Origin: Lama guanicoe
Taxonomy: Eukaryota
Reading direction: 5' to 3'
NCBI GenBank assembly: GCA_013239625.1
Contig: MU053873.1
Location: 136,524 to 198,523 of the forward strand
DNA: 62,000 bases
The notes under the pieces are model-generated. The model saw only the letters and a program-made list of their open reading frames with translations, was not told where the DNA came from and did no database searches. Below, one piece after another: positions 1 to 10,700 of the stretch. A program made the position numbers and the translations under genes. The stretch's first letter is position 1; every line of letters begins with the position of its first letter.

Positions 1-284
1 TGTTTTTCTGAAATGAAATACTTGACCCTTTGTTTACTGAAAGAAGCTGGTGAGGAAAGAATATTGGAACTGAAGGGACAATTAATGTTGAGTATTCCAG
101 TGTAGTGTCACAAAACATTTGAACATTGGTACTATGGTATGGTTACAGAGGGAAAGGGCATTCACAGCAGGAGTGGCCAGCAAGGAGTTTTCCATTTCTT
201 TATTTAGCAAACAGTTGTTAAATATCCCATATCAGGTGCATCCTTGGGTGGGGGGAAACACACATGGCCTTCTGGATCCTGGAA

Positions 285-490
285 CATGGTTTCTCAGAAT
301 ATGGTCAGATTTCTCCTTGTATCTGAATCACCTGAGCACTTAGTAAAAATGCAGATTCCCAGTGTCATTGAGAACTGAGACCGTCTAGCTGGGAGGAGCC
401 AGGGCAGCTACTCTTCACTGATTCTTTGGGAGAGTCCCATGCAAGCACAGAGTAGTTAAGAGAACCATGCTTCTGGAGCAGAGGTTCCGA
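285..490. mobile_element. MER5-like hAT-Charlie DNA transposon relic
   Basis: Recognised from memory by 'gaatcacctg...taaaaatgcagattccc' and 'gagaaccatg...agcagaggtt'; boundaries approximate. Confidence 0.5.
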
Positions 491-609
491 ACTCAAGGAG
501 AGTCTATGGGAGAGAGTCTGTATTCTCAATAATACACTAGAGGAGTTTAATGATGGGGATCCCGTGCCAAAACAGGCACTTCATGACCTTCTTTTTCCTG
601 TTTTCTCAG

Positions 610-731
610 CCCACAGAAGAAGAAGCATCTTCAAAGGAGGATTCTACCCCTTCTAAGCCAGTGGTGGGGATTATTTACCCTCCTCCAGAGGTGAGGAATA
701 TCGTTGACAAGACTGCCAGCTTTGTGGCCAG
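610..731 (+). CDS. SF3A1: SF3A1 exon 2
   Basis: ctcag|CCC ACA GAA...GCC AG|gtaac; PTEEEASS...TASFVAR. Confidence 0.96.
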
Positions 732-3700
732 GTAACATAGCTACTCCTGCTTGTGTGGGTGGATTTTGTCCAAAGAGATCCTGAATCCATACAAGAGTAT
801 TACCTGGGATTTTAGAGTGGCATTGTCGAGTTAGGCCTGTTAATTTATGTAAAACCACAATGTGGTCTGAGGTAGACAGTGGGCAGAACTGGCGTCTGTG
901 ACATAGAATGGCAGTGGCAGAGTACAAGTCCCACTCAGCTCCAGAGTCACTGGCAACCTGTGCTTCCACAATGGGCCTGAATCAGTGCCTGGTAAGCTGC
1001 TTTGTCGTGGGTAATGCATGTCTGTGTCTGAGCTGCTGGCCTGAAGAAGACAAAAAAGGGAGTTGATCATTCTCATTGTACAAGGACAGCATTCCTTTGA
1101 CCCATCTGCAAAATGGAATAACGTGCCACCTCAGTTTTTGTGAGGCAGGAGTGAGGTAATGGGACTGAATGAAATTCAGGTACATCATGTAGGTATTAGT
1201 TCAGATGACATAAAAATCAGTTTGATTTCCTCTTGTCCCTCCCCAGCATACTTATACACACTTTTTCTAATGGACTCGTCTTGATGACCACTTGACTCCA
1301 AAGGTCAACACATCCCTTAGTTTAGGACATTTCAAGTATTCCTTTGGCAGCCAGCCGGCCACACCCAGCCTACAGATCTTTTGTTTGTTCTCAGCAATGT
1401 ATTTTTTTTTTTAACTTTTGAATTAGTTGCCACTGTTTAGAGATGAGATTGCACAGTAAATCTGGATTTCTGGCTTCTCTTAACATACTGGACAGCTCCT
1501 TGCACAGAAGCAGTAGCTGGCCCTGAGCAGACTACTGCCCTCAGTCAGGATGCATGCTCTCCAGGGGGCCTCACCTTTAGCCTAAGGCAGCATCCCCATC
1601 ACAATACAACTTTTAATGGGTCCTTCCCTTCCCAACCTCCCTATGAAGTGAAGCATAGAAAGAGGTTACTCTGAGTGATTTCTTTCACTGTATCAGGTTC
1701 CATGCAGACTGATCTTATCACATTTCGAAGGCTTTGATTAACTTCGATATTGGGATAAACGGCTCTGTGCTTCATTGAACATTATCAGGCCATGTCTGAT
1801 TGGCTTGTATTGTTTGTTTTATGAGGGAGAGGTAATTAGGTTTCTTCATTGATTTCCGCTTGGAGGAGGTACTGGGTATTGAACCTAGGACCTCTTGGGT
1901 GCTGAGCATGCGCTCTACCACTTGAGATATACCCTTCCCCCAGGCCATGTCAGATTTAGGGCAGCAGGTGTTGTGTTTATGATAAGTTTGTTTTCTCATA
2001 GCAGCACTCATTCGTCTCTTCCCCTGATATTTTGAAAACAGAAGAAATAGGGAAAGGATGTTAGAATAAGAATCACCACAATCTCACGACCAGAATAGTT
2101 TCTACCAGCTGTTTTCACTCTTTCCTGTTTCCTTCTGGCTCTTGGCATCCTTTTTTAGGTCCTTGTAATACTAGCAGAGATACTTTCACATCCTGCTTTT
2201 TCCTTTTGTACTGTGTTGTAAGCATTTTCCTGTGTTGCTCCATGGTCTGTCGCTGCGTGGTCCTCTCTGAAGCGGATGCAGCATGTTGAGGTGACAGGCC
2301 TTCCTTGACTTGGCCGACTCCTCTGTATTTCCCTTTGAGAGTGTTTCCAACATTTCAGTTTGGCAAATGAAGCTGTGGGGAAGTCTGAGCATTTTCTTTC
2401 CCTTGTCGATTGTTTCCTTAGGAGAAAATTCTATGCGCCACATTACTGGCTCAAAGAGTGTTTTTAAAGATTTCCTAAACATTTTGCCAAGTTACTTTCC
2501 CATAATTTTGTGCTAGCCACAGAAATAAAAGGCTGTCCAACTTTCCTTAATAGAAAATCTATATATTATATCCATATCCCTAGGTTTATTTTTGATGATT
2601 GCCTTTTAGGCATTTCTAAAATCTGTGGCCTTGCTTTTGTTTACATTGCAATGAAGGGACAGAGCAGCATGTCACTCTGGGCTAAAGCAAGCATACAGGA
2701 CCCTCTGCTTTACTTTTGTTGGGTTCCCAGGTATCAGGTAGTGGAGCATACAGTAAAAATTACCGACCCAGTGTGGTTTTCCAAAAGTTTTTTTTTTTCT
2801 CAGTAGGTTTAGTCTTCCTATCCCTGCATTTTCCTGCCAAGAAACTGAAGTGGAAATTACCCTTCAAAAGTCCCACCAGCTGGGTTGAGTCAGAATCATG
2901 TCTTTTTCTGATGAAATGTATTCCGTGTGTTAGAGAATATAAGTCTAAAATTCACATTAAGCTAACTTAAAGCAATGGAGTAGCTTGGAATGAACATGCC
3001 TGCCTTCTTGTCGTTTTGTCTTTCAGATTATTCCCAGATGTGTTGAGGTTATGGCTTAGGAGGCGGTGGTAGAGGAGACAACCAGAGCCCCCTTTTCTAG
3101 CAGCCCTTTGTGTGGTGGGCTAGTTGCAGTATTTAAGTGTGCGTTCACCCTCCTCCTTGTGTGTGGTTTGCATTATTTAAGGAGGGGGAAGAATGCTTCT
3201 TCCTCAAGCATGAGGTTCCAGTTAGACTAATATGCTGTCACATTGAACCTCATGGTGTTTGTCACACTGCAGAGTGTGACCAGGACTTGCAGAGGAGCTG
3301 TGGTGGCTAAACTGGAGCACAGCATTACCTGCACCTCTCCTATCTCCTGCCCTCTCTTCAACTGACGGGGCCACAGTATGAAAATCTGAAAAGAGTGGAA
3401 TGACTTGGCTGTTGCCAGCCTCTGGAGCCATCCCTTGGTGTATCTGGGGCACCTCTGAGTGCAGGGCTCTGGTGGGAGGAGTGATGGAAGCCCCACGGAC
3501 ATCTGATACCCAGATCGTCTCTAGTGTTTACAAGACAGCCCCTTCTAGCCTTCATAGGAGTAATGGCCCCTTGGTTTGCAGGCCACTGTGTGATTCAAAA
3601 AGACTTTGACATCTTCTTAACTAATTTGATCTCAGTTATTCAAAGTCTAGAGAGAAGGTGGTGTTAGCTTGATTTTACACATGGGAAAGCAAGTTTAAGA

Positions 3701-6700
3701 GAAGTTTGATAGCTTGGTAAGTTGGTACTGAACCCAAAACTAGAACGAGTCCGAATCTTGTGTCTTTAAGGTTAGTGCACTTCCTGACAGATACAGGTGT
3801 TGTGTACATGTGACACCTTGAAATATTACTGTTGGGACTCTAAAAATCAGGATTCCCTACACATGATGAGAGGGACATTTTTCATTATTTTGAGGGTTTT
3901 AAGACACGCAAACTGGGGACATTGGCTGTATGTGGGAAATTGTCCCAGATACAGAGAGAGATGGGAGACTTCCTTGCTGATGTTACTGCTTCCCTGAATG
4001 TGCCTTACACAGCAGCATGGGTCTGGGTCCTTGGGGAGCAGTGTTTCCTGTGTGAGCCTCACCCAGTAGTAAATGAGGTGATTTTAGCCTGTACATAGAC
4101 AAGGCATTAAATCACTTTGTCTACATTTTCTTTTTTCTTTTTTCTTTTTTTTTTCAATCCTTCTTGTTCCCCAAGGTACAGTTTCAGTTTGGTGCTAGGA
4201 TATCTTTTAACATGTCTCTAGCACTCAGTCATCCTCCTTTTTAACTAAGAACTGGCTTCAGTGTCAGCAAACTTCAAGCTAAACTTTTAACAATATTACT
4301 TTGTTTTCACTGTATTGAATTGTATGACTGTTTTGTTAGTACAGCCATACTGATTTTTACTTGAAGTAGTAATATATGCCTTCCTTTTTAAGTACATTTT
4401 GTCGGGGGTGGTAATTAGGTTTACTTATTTATTTATTTTTATACGAGGTACTGGGGATTAAACCCAGGACCCTGTGTATGCTAAGCATATGCTGTACTGC
4501 TTGAGCTATACCCTCCCCACTTAAGTACTTTTTTTTTAAGTAAATAAATTTCATTGAAAGGAAAAAGCAGTAGTCCAGATTGTCTTGAAAATAGCAAGAC
4601 TGGCAGAGTAGCTGCAGGAGTGACGGAGGAGGCCTGGGTAGACCACAGGAGGCAGGTGACACTGGCCACTGACGCCAGGAGTCTCGAGGTGGACCTCTGC
4701 TGTGTTGAGGGACAGGCTGGTTTGAGTGATGGGTGGTGGCAAGAATGGGGATTGGGTGGGCCGTGTTCTGGTCTAAGCAGTTGCAAGGGTTGTAGTGTTA
4801 ATGCTTCTCTTTTTTCTCCTTTCTAGGAACGGACCTGAATTTGAAGCTAGGATACGACAGAATGAAATCAACAATCCCAAGTTCAACTTCCTGAACCCCA
4901 ACGACCCTTACCATGCCTACTACCGCCACAAGGTCAGCGAGTTCAAGGAGGGGAAGGCTCAGGAGCCCTCGGCCGCCATCCCCAAGGTCATGCAGCAGCA
5001 GCAGCAAGCCACCCAGCAGCAGCTGCCCCAGAAGGTTGGAGCCAGCCCCTCCCCTCACTTCCCCAGGACTGAGAGTGGCCGGGACAGGGAGGGGGAGATA
5101 ATGAACTCTGCTGTCTAAGCCTCACAACCACCCATGGAGAGACATGAGGTCTTTATCCCCACCTTACAGAGGGAGACATTGAAGCTCAGACAGCAAAGTA
5201 TTGCTGACACTTGGCATTTGCTGAATGCTGCTTGTCAAGCTCTATGCTCAGTGCTTTAGGAGCCTTGTCTCATTGGTGCCTCATAGGAGCTGCGTGAGGA
5301 GGCCAGCAAAATGACCGTGTGACAGATGAGGAATCTAAGGCTCGAGAAGTGTGATTACCCACAGAGTCAGGACCCTGAAGTCCATGCTCTCAGCCTCTAC
5401 TCTTTACCTTGACCGTGGTATGAGGGCAGTGCCACAGTGTGGCATGTGGACCTGTTCTTGTGCCATCTCTCCTGTCTCACCTTCCCAGGCCCCTCTGTCT
5501 GGCCTGCCCTAATACCTCCTTAGCACTAGGGACGATTAAGGCTGTCCGTGAGGACAGGAAGGGCCCACACATTTTGCCTTCTGTGTAAACTTGGACTGGT
5601 CCCTTCTCTGTTTCACTCCTGAACCATGGTGGCAAAGGCTACCCCCGGTTTTATAGTGGGATATAAAGGTTGAAGTAGGTTCTGAGACCCTGTGTTACAA
5701 TTTACTACTCTTGGGGCTTTAGGCGACCTCAGTTTTCTTATGTATAAAAATAATTCACAGTAGTTGTTCTGTCCACCTTGTGGTTCGTTTGGAGGCCAGA
5801 TGAGGTAACGGATGTGGAAGTCTCCTGTCTGGTGGGGTCCTCTGCACACGTGTAGGGCTTACTACATCCTCCGTCTCCCTTGGGTGGGGTTTAATAAGCT
5901 GTGTTCCTGTTGAATCTTTTGCCGCCTGGTTTTGATCCTCAGGTTTCAGGGCAGCAGCAGAGATACAGAGGGGCATGGATCTCACTCAAAAAGCCAGTCA
6001 GGGAGTTGAGGCCTCAGTTGGCCAAGAAATTGGTGCTCTTGTGAATTAGGATTCTCTCACACCATGTTCCGGCAGCATGCGCGTGATTAACAGAAGCATA
6101 GAGGTCTGTGCCATCCTGCTGGGGGTGTGTTCTCGCCCCTCTTCTGGAACCAGTCCACTTTGTGTCTCTTGCCTCACATTCCCTTTGCATCTTAGGTCCA
6201 AGCCCAGGTGATCCAAGAGACCATCGTGCCCAAAGAACCCCCTCCTGAGTTTGAGTTCATCGCAGACCCCCCCTCCATCTCAGCCTTCGACCTGGACGTG
6301 GTGAAGCTGACGGCTCAGTTTGTGGCCAGGAATGGCCGCCAGTTTCTGACCCAGCTGATGCAGAAAGAGCAGCGCAACTACCAGTTTGACTTCCTTCGCC
6401 CGCAACACAGCCTCTTCAACTACTTCACGAAGCTGGTGGAACAGTACACCAAGGTGCCTGGGCAGGGCGGGGGCTGGGTTCTGGGCCTGGCCAGGGAAGG
6501 GAGGCATCTCTCTCCACTCACTGTCTGCAAGGACACCACTCCTTTGTGGGACCCTCAGGCAGATGTTAAAAATCCCAATTCAGTATAAAGTCTTGATTTC
6601 TATTCAGTTTTCCTGTTAAATGCAACATAGACTGCTATTTCTAAAGGGAAAGGAAACACATAATTGGTAACTGCCATTAGGTGAGTGCCTGCTGTATGAC

Positions 6701-7685
6701 AAGGGCCAGTGGTGCTAGCCACTTAGGAGGACGTTTAAAGTTTCAGTTGCCTGGATCAGGGCCTGAGAAGGAGGCCTTAATAATTGCCTCCTGATTACCT
6801 AATGTAGTAGTCCTCACAGGAGTCCGTAAGGTAAGTGCTTTCCTCCCTGTCTCAAAAGCAGAAACAAGCTCAGAGAGATGAAGTACTTAGTCATAGTCTC
6901 TCAGCTAATAAGTAGCAGTACTGAGATTTAAACCAGCGTTTGACTCTAAAACCTATACTGTTTTTCACCCTAAAAAGTATCTTGAGTTACAAATATCATT
7001 TAAATAGATATTGGGAAAATATTTAACATGAGTAGGTATAGCCAGTACTTATATAGAATCTTCTCATTTAATCCTTAGTAGTCCGTAAGGTAGCCACTCT
7101 TATTATATTCATTTTGCAGAAGAGGAAACTGAGGCACAGAGAAGTTAACTTGGCCAGGGTCACATAGCTAGGAGGTTGCAGAGCTGGGACTTGAGTTCTG
7201 GCATTTTAATTCCAGACCCTTAGATCTTAATTACCATGCTACACTGTTGCAATCAAGATTCCGGACAAGTCAGTAGTGGTATTTAAAATAAATCAGATCA
7301 CTGATTTATTGCCAAATAAGCTGGTATAGATTTGCCTGTGGCACATTTTTCTTGCTACACACATGGTGAAGGTTGTCTTCCCTTTTTTGTGGCATGGTCT
7401 GCACATCTGTTTTTGATATCTAGAGGCACTATGTTAAAGATTTGACTTGAAAGGTTATGTAATGATTTCCTCTTAACTTCGTTCACTCTAAGTATGTAAC
7501 TAGAAAGAATTACAGAAATGTTTGTGTTTAGAAAAGGGCTAAGTCCAGAAGCTAAGACAGTAGCTAAAATAACACTCATTCAAGGCCCAAGGGTTACTGT
7601 AATTACACAGTATCAATTTTTAAGTGAGCCCTGGGTTAATCTCCCTTGTGGCCTGCTTCCAGGGTTAAAGGTTCCCCAGATTCCA

Positions 7686-7727
<42 letters not shown>

Positions 7728-10700
7728 AATCCCCAATTTCCCTCTTATATTGGTCAGGATCCTCCAGAAAACCAGTGGGGGATTGTGTGTGTGTGTGTGT
7801 GTCACACACACACAGAAGTGGCTTATTTTAAGTAATTGGCTCACACAATATGGAGGCTGGCAAGTCCAAACTCTGCAGGCTGGGCCAGGAGACTAGAGAT
7901 CCAAGGGAGAGCCAGCATTATAGTTTTAAGTCCAAAGACCAGGCTGGAGAATCCTCTCTTCCTGTGAAGAGGTCAGGTTTTTTTGTTGTTGTTCTTGTTT
8001 CTTTTCAGGCCTTCAACTGACTGGATGAGGCCCAACCACACTGGAGGGCCCAGATCCCTTTATAGTCTGTTAACTTTCCTATGACTTCTTCCTCAGAAAC
8101 TTGGGTATTGACATTTAGGACTCTGTTCTGAGGGCACTGGTGTCTGTCTCTAGCCATGGGAACTCTAGGGGCAGATGGATTCCCGGGGAAGAGGTACAGG
8201 GAGGATGGAGTGGAGCTGAGCTGCTTTCCCAGTGACAGTAGGTACTGTTGGGGCAGTTGGACAGACTGACTGTTTTGAAAAAAGCCAGTGTTCGTTCTCA
8301 GCAAATATGCTTTGAGTGTCAGAGACTGTTATGATCCAAGGACAGAAATCTCTTGTCTTTGTGGAGACTGGTCTAGCAAGGGGGCAACAAGCAAGTATAA
8401 TGTCAGTGTATGTCAGATAGAGATACATACTGTGGAGGAAATGCTAAAGAGGAAGCAGGGGATGGAAATCTAGGGAAATGGGGCCTGTCTTCAATAAAGT
8501 CATCAGGGGGTCTGGTGGCATGCAGGGGAGGGTAGGGGCCAATCTGCCCCCTGAGAGCGTTCGTTGCTGACTGTGTTGGGTGAGCTGGTAGTGGTTTTGC
8601 ATACTTTCCTGCTAATCTTTGCAACTTTTTTAGTTAACAGTGCCAAGTTTTTGTGGTGGTGTCACCATTTTGTAGAAGGAGACCAAGTTACAGAGGTTAA
8701 GTAACTTGCCCAAAGTCCAAGTGGAGCTGGGACTGGGTCCCAAAATCCCTTGCTCTCCTTTCTCCTGTGCCTTTTCCACAGGCCCAGGAAGGCCACTTCT
8801 TTGTCCTGTGTTGTGCTGCATTGATGGTTGCTTTAACTGTTCTGTGTTTCAGATCTTGATTCCACCCAAAGGCTTATTTACCAAGCTGAAGAAAGAAGCA
8901 GAGAACCCCCGGGAAGTTTTGGACCAGGTAAATTGAATTTCTTATTATCAGTTGCTGTGGTGAAAGTTCTGTTGTGTGTTTGGAAGTAGTGTCCGAGTCA
9001 GTACGTTGTTATGCTCCAGACACAGTAGTGGTGGGAAGAAAGGCCGGGAGGCTACAAAGACCAAAGAAACCTAGATTCTCTGCTCCCCAACTTTCTGCTT
9101 TGCTCTCCGCTTCTCTCAGTCTCCTCTTTCCTTCCCTTACTAAGAAACCAGCTTTTGAAGGGGTGATAACTGTCTTTTGAAGCCCCAGGTTTTTAGAGTC
9201 AAGGGGAGAAGGCATATTGGTGTGGCAGTTCTGGATGGTTGCTTGAAGACTTCTGTTTTGCAGGCTCTCAGACTGCTGCTGCTTTTGTGGGCACTTGGTT
9301 GTCACACAGACTTCCTGGGAGGGAGTTGCTCACCCCTCGCCAACTCAAGCAGAAAGCTTTGAGGTTATAACAAGCAGCTGCCCTTGGGGCCCAGACAGAA
9401 GTTCTCTGGCATTTCAGATTTTCATCCTGTCCAAACTCTGGGCCTGACTGAAACCAGATACAAATACCACTGTTTGCTCCAGGAAGTTCCCCTTGTCGGC
9501 AGAGCAGCCTCCTGTTCTGAAGGAGATGCTGGCTTTGGTGAAGGCCTGGAGATGATAGCTTCATCAGGAGCAGACCCTGAGTCAGCTCAGCACTGCTGTT
9601 TTCCCCTCCCTTCAGGTGTGTTACCGGGTGGAGTGGGCCAAGTTTCAGGAGCGTGAGAGGAAGAAGGAAGAAGAGGAGAAGGAGAAGGAGCGGGTAGCCT
9701 ATGCTCAGATTGACTGGCATGATTTTGTGGTGGTGGAAACGGTGGACTTCCAACCCAACGAGCAAGGTGGGTCTGTGAGGAAGGTGGATCTGTGACTCCA
9801 GTTGGGGAGCCAGAAGCTTGGAGCCGTCCTGAGAGCTCTTGTACAGCTGTCCCCAGGGAGCAGCGGAGTCCCTCAGGGTTCCATCAGTATCATTCATCTC
9901 TGCTTCCAAGAGACTTGATTTCTACCACATTGCCCCAGTTAAACCCAATTCAACAAATATTTAATGTGCCAGACCCTGAGTGGGCCTCTGGAGATAGGAG
10001 AGAAGTCAGACAACCCTCAGAGAGCTGACAGTGTAGAGAGGGCAGATAGATGGCCTTTGATCAAGACCATCTGTGGAGGCCTCCCTTTGACACTGGCTTA
10101 CCCTTTGCCAGGGAACTTCCCTCCTCCCACCACCCCGGAGGAACTAGGGGCCCGAATCCTCATTCAGGAGCGCTATGAGAAGTTTGGGGAGAGTGAGGAA
10201 GTTGAGATGGAGGTCGAGTCTGATGAGGAGGACGAGAAACAGGAGAAGGCAGAGGAGCCTCCTTCCCAGCTGGACCAGGATACCCAAGTGCAAGACATGG
10301 ATGAGGTATGTTCCTGGAAGGGCCTGCGGAGTGACTTTTTCCCCTGGAACCCAAGGAGATGGGAGTGCTCACCTCCAGAGTCAGAGGCCCAGGTCCCTTG
10401 TGAACCTCAAAAGGAAGCGTAGGTCCTGAATAAGGCATCCTGGTTGAGCAGCTGCGCAAGTCCAGGCAGCACAGAGCGTCTTTCCAGCTCGGGCAACAAA
10501 GATTCATTCACAATCAAGGGTCTGAAAGCTGTGCTGGCCCTGTTCTGTGACCTCCCTCCTTTGCCCAAAGGCCCTGCTCCCTACTGCCTCCAGGCTGGCT
10601 CTCAGTTAGGGGACCTTCTACACCCCGTTCTTGGATGCTTTTGAGCTTAGGCCCAAAATCATCAGCAATTCCCAGAGCTTTTCTAAGTGTAGCCTGTGCT

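Noticed and set aside
1865..1940. tRNA-Ala gene (also 4445-4518)
   Set aside because: Stems and anticodon region are degenerate, and each copy has a SINE tail and TSDs; these are SINE heads, not tRNA genes
9268..9909. 213-aa antisense ORF with a Leu-rich stretch
   Set aside because: The hydrophobic run is the reverse complement of the GAG/AAG-rich SF3A1 exon 6
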